The notes below the pieces were generated by a model that was not told the origin of the DNA, searched no databases, and worked only from the letters and a program-made list of their open reading frames with translations. From a virus, in IMG/VR virus record IMGVR_UViG_3300017605_000635, positions 5,750-69,749 of that record: a stretch of DNA of 64,000 nt, one strand, 5' to 3'. Within the stretch, counting starts at the first letter, position 1, and the number at the start of each line of letters is the position of its first letter. A program made the translations under genes and the position numbers. Below are positions 10,392-19,701 of the stretch, one piece after another.

Positions 10392-10436
10392 TAGGCCCAG
10401 TCAGCACAGATCAACTGCATTACAAGGAGAGACCAG

Positions 10437-10856
10437 ATGGCGAAGCGTATCATCAAGCTGCTGGGCGAGCCGGTTCAGGATGAGGACCGTCAGGCCGCAG
10501 TAGCCATCACGCCGGGCATGTTGCTCGACATCGACAGCAACGGAGACCTCATCCCCGCCAATTCGGCGGGAGGCTACTTCGAGCGCATGTTCGCGCTCGA
10601 ACGGGAAGAGATGGGCAACGACATTGACGAGGTCTATGCAATCGGAGACACCGTCAAGGCTGGTCGGTTCCCTCCCGGCACTCGTGTTCTCGTCCTGATT
10701 CCCTCGGGGCAGAACATCCAGGATGGCGAGTATCTCGAAGCAGGCGCCACGGCAGGAATGCTCCGTGCGTATGCGGCGGGCACTCGCATCGCTCGTTCGC
10801 TCGAAGACGTAGGCGCGGTCATTTCGACCACGCGCCTGCGTGCCGTCGTCGTGTAG
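10437..10856 (+). CDS. Capsid decoration/cement protein
   Basis: AITPGMLL motif; sits between protease and MCP; 139 aa. Confidence 0.7.
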   Translation: MAKRIIKLLGEPVQDEDRQAAVAITPGMLLDIDSNGDLIPANSAGGYFERMFALEREEMGNDIDEVYAIGDTVKAGRFPPGTRVLVLIPSGQNIQDGEYLEAGATAGMLRAYAAGTRIARSLEDVGAVISTTRLRAVVV

Positions 10857-10898
10857 TCAGGGCTCAACTCGGTTCACGAACTTTCAAGGAGAACAGAT

Positions 10899-11927
10899 AT
10901 GGGAATGCAGGCACTGAGCTCTGCGCCGCTCGACAACGGCAATAGCTTCATGCGGGGAGCCGTTGGCAAGTGGGCGGGAGAGCGTTTCTTGGCGGCCTTC
11001 AAGGCTGGCCGTCCGATGAGCCCCAAGGAGCTTCGGACCAATGACCTCCTCCGCAAGGATGAGTTCCTCTTCTTCGACAAGGAACTCATCGAGGAAGCCA
11101 AGATCAGGCTCCGAGGCGTCGCAGACCTTCTCGCTGCCGGACTCGTCAAGCGTGTCCCAAACGGACTCGCCAAGACGGTGTACGAGTGGACGAAGGTCAC
11201 GGACATGGACCCGGCCACGGTCTCGCTGGACGCGGTGACGCGCAGTGAGAACGACCGGGTTGAGTTCGAACTCGACGGATTGCCCCTGCCGATCACGCAC
11301 AAGGACTTCTATCTCAACATCCGCGAACTCGAAGCCAGCAAGACGATGGGCTTCGAGGCGTTGGATACGGTCCACGTGCGCGTCGCAGGTCGCAAGGTTG
11401 CCGAGACGACCGAGGACATGCTCTTCAACGGCGGGAAGACATTCGCAGGTCGGACCATCTACGGCTACACGACGCATCCTGACCGGCTCACGGTCGGATT
11501 CGGAACGGGCGGCAACTGGGGCGCTGGCGGCAAGACCGGAGAGCAGATGCTCACCGACATCCAGACGGCCATTTCCCTCCTCGAAGCCAACCGCATGTAT
11601 GGCCCATACTGGGCCTATGTCGGAGCGGATGCGTCCGTTCCGCTCGGCAGCGATTTCAAGGCGCAGTCCGACAAGACCATCCGGGCTCGACTCCTCGAAG
11701 TCGACGGACTTCAGCGCATCCGCGTAGCGGACAAGCTGGCCGACGGCAACCTCATCGTTGTCCAGGCAACCTCCGACGTGGTCTCCATGGTCGAGGGTGA
11801 ACCGCTTCAGACGGTCCAGTGGGACCTGTACGGTGGAATGCAGATCAACTTCAAGGCATTCCAGATTCTCGTTCCGATGATCCGTGTCGATGCGCAGGGA
11901 CGCAGCGGCATCGTCCACATGTCGTAG
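10899..11927 (+). CDS. Major capsid protein, HK97 fold, encapsulin/linocin-like
   Basis: LPLPITHKDFYLNIRELEAS, IYGYTTHP, MYGPY motifs; position; strong SD. Confidence 0.85.
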   Translation: MGMQALSSAPLDNGNSFMRGAVGKWAGERFLAAFKAGRPMSPKELRTNDLLRKDEFLFFDKELIEEAKIRLRGVADLLAAGLVKRVPNGLAKTVYEWTKVTDMDPATVSLDAVTRSENDRVEFELDGLPLPITHKDFYLNIRELEASKTMGFEALDTVHVRVAGRKVAETTEDMLFNGGKTFAGRTIYGYTTHPDRLTVGFGTGGNWGAGGKTGEQMLTDIQTAISLLEANRMYGPYWAYVGADASVPLGSDFKAQSDKTIRARLLEVDGLQRIRVADKLADGNLIVVQATSDVVSMVEGEPLQTVQWDLYGGMQINFKAFQILVPMIRVDAQGRSGIVHMS

Positions 11928-11931
11928 TTCG

Positions 11932-11969
11932 TCGAGGGTCGAGGCGGAAACGTCTCGACCTTTCCTCGA
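11932..11969 (+). terminator. Stem-loop after MCP (GAAA tetraloop)
   Basis: ggtcgaggcg-gaaa-cgtctcgacc-ttt, extended by tcgagg/cctcga. Confidence 0.65.
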
Positions 11970-11981
11970 AGGGAGAGTGCA

Positions 11982-12308
11982 ATGCCAGCTCAGAAAGCGT
12001 ATCTTGTGAAAGAAGGGAAGACTCACTATACCCGCGAGGAGGGTGTCCTCGTGGCACACGGTCCTGGCGACCCGGTCATGCTGACCGAGGCGCAATTCAA
12101 CGTCTGGAAGGACAAGTTCGAGGACCCATCCGCCGAAGCAGTGCGGCAGGACCGTCAGCGAGCCCGGCAGGCCAAGGCGGATGAGGCCGCAGCGGCCGCA
12201 GCCGGCAAACCGGCGTCCACCACCGGTCTCGCACAAGACGAGAAGGCGAAGACTCCGGCGCACGCGAACCCGGAGAAGGCGGAAGCTCCGAACCTCAAGA
12301 AGACGTAA
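11982..12308 (+). CDS. Hypothetical protein downstream of MCP
   Basis: SD GGAGA; Ala/Lys-rich tail. Confidence 0.7.
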   Translation: MPAQKAYLVKEGKTHYTREEGVLVAHGPGDPVMLTEAQFNVWKDKFEDPSAEAVRQDRQRARQAKADEAAAAAAGKPASTTGLAQDEKAKTPAHANPEKAEAPNLKKT

Positions 12309-12328
12309 CAGAAGGACTCCCGGTCACT

Positions 12329-12721
12329 ATGGCAACCTACACCTACACGGCGTCAATCCCGACGGACAAAGACTTCGTGCGCCTCTGGGCGGGTGACCGG
12401 GACATTTCTGGCGGAGCGACAACGGCCGTTCTGTCAGACCAAGAGATTGCGGCGATACTCGCGGAAGCCTCGGGCAAGTGGTGTGCAGCGGCTGACGCCA
12501 TCGAGATGATGCGGTCGAAGCTCGCACTGAACCAGGCTGCAGGCGGTCTCCTCATTGAGAAGCAAGTGGAAGACCTCCGCGAACGGTTTTCGGATGCGGG
12601 TGTTTCGGGAGAGAATGCCGACAAAGCACTGGCTGCATATGTTATCTATCTGCGGACTCGATGCGCTCGGCTCTCTTCGAAACGACCCTACATGTTTCGA
12701 GTGATGCGGCGGAGACCCTAG
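12329..12721 (+). CDS. Head-tail adaptor
   Basis: DFVRLWAGD...LSDQEI pattern; position. Confidence 0.7.
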   Translation: MATYTYTASIPTDKDFVRLWAGDRDISGGATTAVLSDQEIAAILAEASGKWCAAADAIEMMRSKLALNQAAGGLLIEKQVEDLRERFSDAGVSGENADKALAAYVIYLRTRCARLSSKRPYMFRVMRRRP

Positions 12722-13086
12722 TGGCAGGCTCTCTCATTCCAACGCTCCTCGATTTTTTCCCCGACACCGTGGTCGTGGAGAAATGGCTGTCGAGCGATGA
12801 CAACGGAACGGATACGTGGGATGTTGCGCACCCAATCAACGTTCCCGCCCGGGTCACGCTGAGCATGCGAACGGAGCGAGGAGCCGGAGGTGATGAACAT
12901 ACGGTTCGAGACCTCCACTTTGTAACGGCAGGCGTGTACAACCTCGACTCAAAGGACCGATTCACGCTCCCGGTGCGGTTCTCCCTCGACAAGTCGGGTT
13001 CCCTTGCGTCGCGTCAACCTCGGGCTCGAAGCGTGACGCAGAAGTCGGATGAGAACGGCCCTCATCACGAGAAGGTATATTTTTGA
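12721..13086 (+). CDS. Head closure / head-tail joining protein
   Basis: GTG overlapping the previous stop; DRFTLP and DENGPHHEKVYF C-terminus typical of the family. Confidence 0.65.
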   Translation: MAGSLIPTLLDFFPDTVVVEKWLSSDDNGTDTWDVAHPINVPARVTLSMRTERGAGGDEHTVRDLHFVTAGVYNLDSKDRFTLPVRFSLDKSGSLASRQPRARSVTQKSDENGPHHEKVYF

Positions 13087-14162
13087 TCCATCTCTCCTCT
13101 CCCTCGTTGGTTGGCCGAGAGCGTGAATACGTTCTCGATTGCCTCGACCGAGAGGAACTGTCCTCTGTCGGGTGTTATGTCTCCCGATTTGAGAAGGAGT
13201 TCGCCAAGTTCACGGATTCAACGTATGCTGTCGCGTGTTGCAATGGGACCGCTGCGCTCCATCTTGCGATTCTTTCAACGGGAATCCGCCCGGGGGACAA
13301 GGTTCTTCTCCCAGCGTTGACCTACGTGGCGACGGCAAACGCGGTGCGATATTGTGGGGGAATCCCCATATTTTGTGACGTAGACCCCAAAACGTGGTGT
13401 TTAGACCCAAACGATGTGGTTCGACACCTCAAATCCGGGGTCAAAGCCTCAATCATTCTCCCGGTGCATCTCTACGGGGTTGTCTGTGATATGACGGCTC
13501 TCGGGCGGATTGCGAAAGCCTACGGGTGTTTCTTAGTCGAGGACGCTGCCGAGGCACACGGAGCGGAGTGGGAGGGACATCGTGTTGGTGGTATATCCGA
13601 CCTCGGAGTGTTCTCCTTCTATGGGAACAAGCTCGTGTCCTCCGGAGAAGGAGGCATGGTTGTTACAGACTCGGTGGGCGCCAATGAAGTTATGCGGCTC
13701 CATCGAGGTCAGGGTGTTTCCGCCGGGAATCGTTACTATCACTCCGTCATCGGGTACAACTATCGACTTACGAACATCCAGGCCGCCATTGCGCTTGGGC
13801 AGCTAGAGACGTTGGGCCAACGACTCGTTGCCCATCGACGGGTAGCCGACTATTATCGGGCTCGACTCTCCGAGTTCGAGACCCAGGACACGTACGAGAA
13901 TACCACGCGGGTCGACTGGTTGTTTGCCCTCCTCGTGCCCGAGGGCGTGGACCGAGACCGGGTGGCGGAGCGGATGAAGGAGAAGGGAATCGAGACCCGA
14001 CCGGTGTTCATCCCGATGACCCAACTCCCGATGTATATGGCTCCCACGCCGGAGAACGCGCAGCGGATAGCCTCCAGAGGGTTGTGTTTGCCGACGCACG
14101 CAGGCTTGTCAGAGGAAGACATTGAAACGGTAGTGTCAGGATTCCAAGAGGTGGTGCAGTGA
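13083..14162 (+). CDS. DegT/DnrJ/EryC1/StrS PLP aminotransferase (perosamine-synthase-like)
   Basis: NGTAALHLA, PVHLYG, EDAAEAHG, FSFYGNK (PLP Lys), GEGG, GYNYRLTNIQAA. Confidence 0.95.
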   Translation: MIHLSSPSLVGREREYVLDCLDREELSSVGCYVSRFEKEFAKFTDSTYAVACCNGTAALHLAILSTGIRPGDKVLLPALTYVATANAVRYCGGIPIFCDVDPKTWCLDPNDVVRHLKSGVKASIILPVHLYGVVCDMTALGRIAKAYGCFLVEDAAEAHGAEWEGHRVGGISDLGVFSFYGNKLVSSGEGGMVVTDSVGANEVMRLHRGQGVSAGNRYYHSVIGYNYRLTNIQAAIALGQLETLGQRLVAHRRVADYYRARLSEFETQDTYENTTRVDWLFALLVPEGVDRDRVAERMKEKGIETRPVFIPMTQLPMYMAPTPENAQRIASRGLCLPTHAGLSEEDIETVVSGFQEVVQ

Positions 14163-14704
14163 TGTCAGTATCTTCCGAGCAGCACGATTTGTACGTCAAA
14201 TTCGCAAATAGGAATTACGGGCAACCGGGAGAGCCTGAACTCCATCAACCAATTGTGATGCTTCGAGACTGGATGATTAAGATTGACCCTACGTCTCGGG
14301 TCGATGCGTTCACGAAGCTCGAAGGCGGAGAAGGAATCACGATTGGCCGTTACGTTCATATTGCGTCGTTTGCCCACATCAACATCGGCGGAGGTCGAAC
14401 GATTATCGGAGACTACTGTAACGTTTCGAGCGGAGGAAAGATCATCAGCGGGAGTAACAAACCTGCGGGTAAGAGTCTTTCAGCGATGGCTCCTGCAGAC
14501 ATGCAAGTCATCGAACGGAAGACGACAACGCTTGAACCGTATTCATGCGTGTTCACCGGCGCCACCGTTCTTCCTGGGGTGACTTTAGGTGAGGGAGCGG
14601 TCTTAGGCGCGATGTCTCTTGCTACTCATGATATTCCTCCGTGGGAGATTTGGGCGGGGGTTCCGGCTCGAAAGATTCGGACAAGAACTCGACCATGCGA
14701 ATAG
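14159..14704 (+). CDS. Hexapeptide-repeat (left-handed beta helix) acyltransferase
   Basis: ITIGRYVHI, VLPGVTLGEGAVLGAMS, IWAGVPARKIR. Confidence 0.9.
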   Translation: MMSVSSEQHDLYVKFANRNYGQPGEPELHQPIVMLRDWMIKIDPTSRVDAFTKLEGGEGITIGRYVHIASFAHINIGGGRTIIGDYCNVSSGGKIISGSNKPAGKSLSAMAPADMQVIERKTTTLEPYSCVFTGATVLPGVTLGEGAVLGAMSLATHDIPPWEIWAGVPARKIRTRTRPCE

Positions 14705-15393
14705 CCTTTGGCGGAATCTGGCGCGACTCCGCTGGGGGCCAAGTTGCCCGTTACTTTTCTCAAGTAGCGGCATTCCGAACGCATTTGACGGGTGACCATT
14801 ATGTTCGGGTCATTGCCGTCGAGGGAGATAGCAAGGACGATACGTGGGGTGATCTCGAACGAACAGCGGCACGTCTTCAAATACCGCTCGAACTCATAAA
14901 GTGTGACCATGGAAAGCCGAACTATGGAAGCTCTGAACTTCCTGACCGGCTCGAAGGTTGCCAGATGGTGATGCATTGCGTATATGACCATGTAAAGCCA
15001 GACGATGAGATTGTTGTTTTCGTCGAAACGGACCTTATTTGGGACCCGCACACGATTGGGACCCTCGTCGACGTGATTGATCGCCGTGAGACGGATGTGG
15101 TGGCTCCGTTTGTGATGGTTGGCCCGAACTTTTACGATATTTGGGCCTACCGGAAAGATGGAGAACGGTTTGGGCCATTCCCGCCTTACCATAAGGACTT
15201 GAAGCCAACGGGGATGACGGATGTCGACTCGGTTGGGTCCTGCGTTATCTGTCATGGAGAGGTCGCACGAACGTGCCGTGTTGCGCCGGATGCGCCGTGG
15301 GACCGTTCGTGCCTCGTTGGGTTTTGCGATACTGCCCGGTCGAAAGGCTACCGGGTCTCAGTAATGCCAGAATGGAAGATTCGACACCCATGA
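14695..15393 (+). CDS. Putative GT-A fold glycosyltransferase
   Basis: EGDSKDDT, FVETDL (DxD-like), DVVAP, FYDIWAYR, DSVGSC. Confidence 0.65.
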   Translation: MRIAFGGIWRDSAGGQVARYFSQVAAFRTHLTGDHYVRVIAVEGDSKDDTWGDLERTAARLQIPLELIKCDHGKPNYGSSELPDRLEGCQMVMHCVYDHVKPDDEIVVFVETDLIWDPHTIGTLVDVIDRRETDVVAPFVMVGPNFYDIWAYRKDGERFGPFPPYHKDLKPTGMTDVDSVGSCVICHGEVARTCRVAPDAPWDRSCLVGFCDTARSKGYRVSVMPEWKIRHP

Positions 15394-15563
15394 ACGTTCT
15401 CGACCGATTGAACGCATTCGCGGGGGAGCTTCGACGACTCGGGCTCCGGCACCCCGTCCTCGACGGGGTGGAGCCGGAGAACGTTCCTGGAGCGGTGGCG
15501 GACCAGATTGAGTTGATCCTTTCGGGATTGGCTCCGGAGACGGTAACGGGAGAACCGGCGTGA
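15390..15563 (+). CDS. Small hypothetical protein
   Basis: ATGA and GTGA overlaps on both sides. Confidence 0.55.
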   Translation: MNVLDRLNAFAGELRRLGLRHPVLDGVEPENVPGAVADQIELILSGLAPETVTGEPA

Positions 15564-16414
15564 AGGTCTTCGTTGAACCAGTGCCCGCCTCGTTGAGCCT
15601 CGCCATGTGGCGAGTTGCGAAGGCATTGAAGTCGTATGCCCCGGAGGGAATCGAGATCACCACAAACGCCTCAGAAGCGGACCTCCAGGTGTTGCATGTA
15701 ATCGGTCTAGATAGCATGGACGTTCTCAAAGCGCCACGCTACGCCGTGATCCAGTATTGCCTTTACAGCGCAAACGGGGATCATTCCGCGTGGAATCCCA
15801 TCTGGAACGATTCGGTTCTCAACTGGAGCTACTATGACCTACGTGCGCCGAGGTTCTATCGCAGCCCTCTTGGGGCAGACGAGACCTTTGTGTCCTATCA
15901 TGCGAATGGACACCGGCGTGACGTCGGGGTGGTCACGAGCGGCTATGTTAGTGGGCCGGGAGCAGAAGCGATTGAAGATGTTGCGATTGCGGCGTCTCTC
16001 GCGGGTCTTACCACTGCCCACCTTGGCCCTCGTCCGGTCGGCATGACCCAATACCCGAGGGGATGGACGTTGAAATTCGGGATTGACGATAATCAACTCT
16101 CCGACCTCTACGGAAGTGCGCGTTGGGTGAGTGGTCTCCGGCACGTCGAGGGGTTCGAGCTTCCGTGCGTCGAGGGGTTGATGTGCGGGGCTCGTCCCAT
16201 CGTCTTCGACCGTCCGGATATGCGTCGGTGGTATGAGGGGCACGCGGTCTTTGTTCCTGAGTCGAGTGGACCTTCATTGGTCAAGGAGTTGTTGAACGTT
16301 CTCCAATTCGAGCCGGAGCCGGTCTCGCGGGAAGAGTCAGAAGAAGTCAGAGCAAAGTTTGATTGGGGTCGGATTGTGTCAGGATTTTGGTCAGGAGTGT
16401 TAGCCAATGCGTAA
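15560..16414 (+). CDS. GT-B (GT4-like) glycosyltransferase
   Basis: EGFELPCVEGLMCGARPI E-x7-E signature; FDW near C-terminus. Confidence 0.8.
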   Translation: MKVFVEPVPASLSLAMWRVAKALKSYAPEGIEITTNASEADLQVLHVIGLDSMDVLKAPRYAVIQYCLYSANGDHSAWNPIWNDSVLNWSYYDLRAPRFYRSPLGADETFVSYHANGHRRDVGVVTSGYVSGPGAEAIEDVAIAASLAGLTTAHLGPRPVGMTQYPRGWTLKFGIDDNQLSDLYGSARWVSGLRHVEGFELPCVEGLMCGARPIVFDRPDMRRWYEGHAVFVPESSGPSLVKELLNVLQFEPEPVSREESEEVRAKFDWGRIVSGFWSGVLANA

Positions 16415-17612
16415 GCTACTCTGGATTGGAGATGCGGGGTGTGAGACGGGGTTCGCTAAGGCGACCCACTACATCCTCGATACGTTGCGTCACTACTGGG
16501 AGGTGACCGTCCTTGGGCTGAATTACTACGGGCACCCAGCGGCCAAGCGCAAATACCCGTATGACATCTATCCGGCGCATACGGGCACAGACTTCTTCGG
16601 GGTCAAGCAGATTCCCGCCCTCTGGGAGGAAGTTCACCCGGATGTCGTCGTGATCCAGAATGACCCTTGGAACTTTCCGGCCTATCTCTATCGGCTGAAG
16701 GGTGTGCCGGTCGTCGGAGGGGTGGCGGTCGACGGGTTGAACTGCCAAGGCCAATCACTCAACGGGTTGAGTCTTGCGGTCTTTTGGACCGAGTTCGGAC
16801 GCTATGAGGCGAGTCTCGGAGGCTATCGTGGCCCCAGCGCGGTGATTCCCCTCGGAGTCGACCGAACCATCTACAAACCGTTGGACCGTCAGCAGTGCCG
16901 TCGAGAGATGGGCATTCTCCCTCGGTTCCAAGATGCCTTCATCGTCATGGCGGTCGGACGGAACCAACTTCGGAAACGACTCGATTTGACCATCCGCTAC
17001 TTTGCCGCGTGGGTGAAGAAGTATCAGCCCGACAACGCAGTGCTTTACCTCCACGCGGCTCCGACCGGTGAGCAGGCCGTGGACCTGCACCAACTCGGAG
17101 GCTACTATGGCGTCATGAACCAGATGATCGTCGCAGAGCCCGAGGCGTTCCACGGTATGACGGAGGAACGGCTCCCGGTTCTCTACAATTGTGCCGACCT
17201 CGGGTTCAGCACCTCGCAAGGAGAGGGGATGGGGCTCCCGGCGCTGGAGATGATGGCGTGCGGCGTGACGTCGATTCTCCCAGCGAACGCAGCCTATTCA
17301 GATTGGGCGCCAGACGGGGCTCTCCTCGTTCCGTGTACGTCGACCTCGATCACGGTTCCTTCCGCCTCTCCAATCAACGTGATCGGCTCGATCATGGACG
17401 AAGATATGGCGGTGGAGACGTTACAAGCGGCTTACTCCAATAAGGCCAAGCTCTCTGATTGGTCGATGCGAGCGTTTGAGCTTGCTTCTGACCCTCGGTT
17501 CGATTGGCGTGTCATCGGAGAGAAGTGGAACGTTGGAATCAACGAGGCCATCCAACTCCGTGAGATGTTCAAGAAGAAACAAGAAGCTCGGGAGGCAGCG
17601 GCCAATGCCTAA
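16407..17612 (+). CDS. GT4 glycosyltransferase
   Basis: TGFAK, IPLGVD, VGRNQLRKR, GEGMGLPALEMMACG, FDW. Confidence 0.9.
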   Translation: MRKLLWIGDAGCETGFAKATHYILDTLRHYWEVTVLGLNYYGHPAAKRKYPYDIYPAHTGTDFFGVKQIPALWEEVHPDVVVIQNDPWNFPAYLYRLKGVPVVGGVAVDGLNCQGQSLNGLSLAVFWTEFGRYEASLGGYRGPSAVIPLGVDRTIYKPLDRQQCRREMGILPRFQDAFIVMAVGRNQLRKRLDLTIRYFAAWVKKYQPDNAVLYLHAAPTGEQAVDLHQLGGYYGVMNQMIVAEPEAFHGMTEERLPVLYNCADLGFSTSQGEGMGLPALEMMACGVTSILPANAAYSDWAPDGALLVPCTSTSITVPSASPINVIGSIMDEDMAVETLQAAYSNKAKLSDWSMRAFELASDPRFDWRVIGEKWNVGINEAIQLREMFKKKQEAREAAANA

Positions 17613-17997
17613 GAGTGGCATCACGTGGGATTCGACCGAGATGACGGTCAAGTGCGCTTCCATTCGGAGCAAAATCCCGGATGTCGCAGGTCGAGCCCTC
17701 TACGATGAATTGGAGGAGGTCGAAGTCCCGGAGTGTCAGGCGGAGGTTCCGTATTTGACAGGAGCCCTCCACGATACGATTCGGGTTGAAGGTCCGTTCT
17801 TCAACCATGGGTGGATTTCGGCCAACATCGTCGCAGGAGACGACACTGTCAACTACGCGATTCCGGTTCACGAAGACCTCGACCGGTTTCACCCGCACGG
17901 CAAGGCGAAGTTCATCCAAGACCCTCTCTTTGCGAGCCGACCGTTCATTGGGGCTCGGATTGCGGAACGTATGCACTTCTCGACGTGGAGCATCTAA
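17605..17997 (+). CDS. HK97 gp10-like neck/tail completion protein
   Basis: VPYLTGALHDT, YAIPVHE, GKAKFI. Confidence 0.75.
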   Translation: MPKSGITWDSTEMTVKCASIRSKIPDVAGRALYDELEEVEVPECQAEVPYLTGALHDTIRVEGPFFNHGWISANIVAGDDTVNYAIPVHEDLDRFHPHGKAKFIQDPLFASRPFIGARIAERMHFSTWSI

Positions 17998-18410
17998 TGC
18001 CGTGGTTGGATGATCTCAAGACCGTCCTCTCAACGGCTCTCGTCCTCGGGAGTTCGTCCATCCTCAAATCGACTGAGGCGGACATCCCCTCGGATGCACG
18101 GTCGTACATTATGATTCGGGCAACAGCGGGAGCCGGGAACGAGCGCACGCACAATAGTGCGCCGCAACCGGCCTACGAATACCCGGGAGCCCAATTGACC
18201 TTCGGAGCGAGCACCTCACCGGCAGCAGAGCTATTAGCACAGTCAGCAAAACGTGCGTTCCATGCGATACGCGATCAGGTCATTGGTTCGACCTACATTC
18301 GTGAGATTCGAGCGTTGCAGGAACCTTTTGACGGAGGTTCGGACAAGAATCAACGACCGACGTACAAACTCAATGTGATCGGCTGTCGCAGGCCGGAAGG
18401 AGTCTCCTAA
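17997..18410 (+). CDS. Tail terminator-like protein
   Basis: Precedes the tail tube; YEYPGAQL, IRALQEPF..G.D...RP. Confidence 0.7.
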   Translation: MPWLDDLKTVLSTALVLGSSSILKSTEADIPSDARSYIMIRATAGAGNERTHNSAPQPAYEYPGAQLTFGASTSPAAELLAQSAKRAFHAIRDQVIGSTYIREIRALQEPFDGGSDKNQRPTYKLNVIGCRRPEGVS

Positions 18411-18865
18411 TGGGCGTAAATGCCAAGAGTTCACACGGAACACTAATCGACGTTCAGCTCACGCCGGGTGGGGCGTTCACCGTCATTTCCGAAATCGGGG
18501 ACATCGACAACATCGGAACGATGAGGAACGAGACCGATGTCACGGTGCACAACGAGGACATCGACACGTACATCCTCGGAGTCATGCGCCGCGCAGCGGC
18601 TGGGTTCCCGGTCAACTGGGTGGCCGCAGACCCGTCGCACCAGGGTATGTTGACCCTGCACTACAACAACACCGTCACCGGCTGGCGCGTGCGTCATCCG
18701 GACGGTCGAGTCCTCATCTTCTCGGGCGGCATCGCGAACATGGGCGAGCCGGCACCGGTCGATGGCGCGATTCGCCGCAACGTCTCGATTCGACCCTCGG
18801 GGCTCTTCAGTTACAACGGAGCCATCGTTGGTCAGGTCGGCACGCCGTTCGTCTACCCGGTGTAG
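18410..18865 (+). CDS. Major tail tube protein
   Basis: HGTL, DVTVH, VNW..DPSHQ, IRPSG motifs; upstream of chaperones and tape measure. Confidence 0.8.
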   Translation: MGVNAKSSHGTLIDVQLTPGGAFTVISEIGDIDNIGTMRNETDVTVHNEDIDTYILGVMRRAAAGFPVNWVAADPSHQGMLTLHYNNTVTGWRVRHPDGRVLIFSGGIANMGEPAPVDGAIRRNVSIRPSGLFSYNGAIVGQVGTPFVYPV

Positions 18866-18896
18866 TTGGACCTTCGGTTCCAGTCAGAGAAGTCAG

Positions 18897-19142
18897 ATGG
18901 GTCAGTATCGTTTCGTGTTTTCCGCGATTGGCGGTGACGGGTGTAGGCCAGATCAGGGAGACGGTTCTCGTGTCTTTGGTTGTGGCCTACGCTCGTGCCC
19001 CGATTGTGAGATGAGAGCGTTCGTGCAGACAATGCGGGTGATGGGTCAGCGCGTCCAAGAGGCGTTGCTGATCCATTCACCCGGACAGCCGGATCAGGTG
19101 ATTGATAATCTTCTGACCCGGATTCGGAACGGCAACCCGTAG
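18897..19142 (+). CDS. Small Cys-rich hypothetical protein (GCG...CPDC)
   Basis: ATG 18897; fills the gap between tube and chaperone. Confidence 0.6.
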   Translation: MGQYRFVFSAIGGDGCRPDQGDGSRVFGCGLRSCPDCEMRAFVQTMRVMGQRVQEALLIHSPGQPDQVIDNLLTRIRNGNP

Positions 19143-19152
19143 CAGGAGGTCA

Positions 19153-19701
19153 GTGATGTCAGAATCGCAGGCAGTTACTACCGAAGACTTGAAAGCTATT
19201 CCCGTCCCCAAGGAGCTTCCCGGAGGTCCACCCATCGGAGAGCTTCCCAGACCTATTCTGGTTGGACCGCCGGAGACCGAACTCGAAACGCTCTCCCTCG
19301 ACGAACTGTTTGCCGTCAAGGATGTCCGGTTCGAGACGTTCACCTGCGGGCTCTGGCCTAAGCCGGTGACCATCGGGAGCTTGTCCTCCCGGCTCCTCAA
19401 CGAGTTGATGGCGGAGCGAGACCGGATGGGTGACGGCCACGAGGAACGTCGCAAGATGTTCGGTTACAAGGCCATCGCCCACTCGTGGATTCAGCCCGAT
19501 GGCAAGCGTATCCCCGAAGAGAAGATTGGGGTTGTAGCGGAGTTGTTCCGAGAGAAAGACTCCAAGCACGTTGACGCCCTCGCAGAACGAGTCATGGAAC
19601 TCAACGGCGTGAACGTCAAGAACGACCTCATAAAAAACGTCTCCAGCGGGATGACACTCGCCGGTTCGCGTTCAAGCTGGCAGCCCACTTCCGGGAAATA
19701 G
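19153..19701 (+). CDS. Tail assembly chaperone G
   Basis: SD AGGAGG; position; carries the slippery site. Confidence 0.75.
   Translation: MMSESQAVTTEDLKAIPVPKELPGGPPIGELPRPILVGPPETELETLSLDELFAVKDVRFETFTCGLWPKPVTIGSLSSRLLNELMAERDRMGDGHEERRKMFGYKAIAHSWIQPDGKRIPEEKIGVVAELFREKDSKHVDALAERVMELNGVNVKNDLIKNVSSGMTLAGSRSSWQPTSGK
19632..19638 (+). other. -1 ribosomal frameshift heptamer A AAA AAC (G to G-T)
   Basis: In-frame ATA AAA AAC; the -1 frame reads KRLQRDDTRRFAFKLAAHFREIDPDAMM into ORF 19713-20051. Confidence 0.85.

Noticed and set aside
10899-11927. Cellular encapsulin or bacteriocin operon
   Set aside because: Flanked by terminase, portal, protease and tail genes; it is the phage capsid
12716-12723. 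+1 frameshift at CCC-TAG here and at 31532-31537
   Set aside because: The next gene starts with a GTG overlapping the stop in the -1 frame; the +1 frame has no meaningful product
13083-17612. Host O-antigen locus or chimeric assembly
   Set aside because: Overlapping stop/start junctions with phage structural genes at both ends; no flippase or polymerase genes
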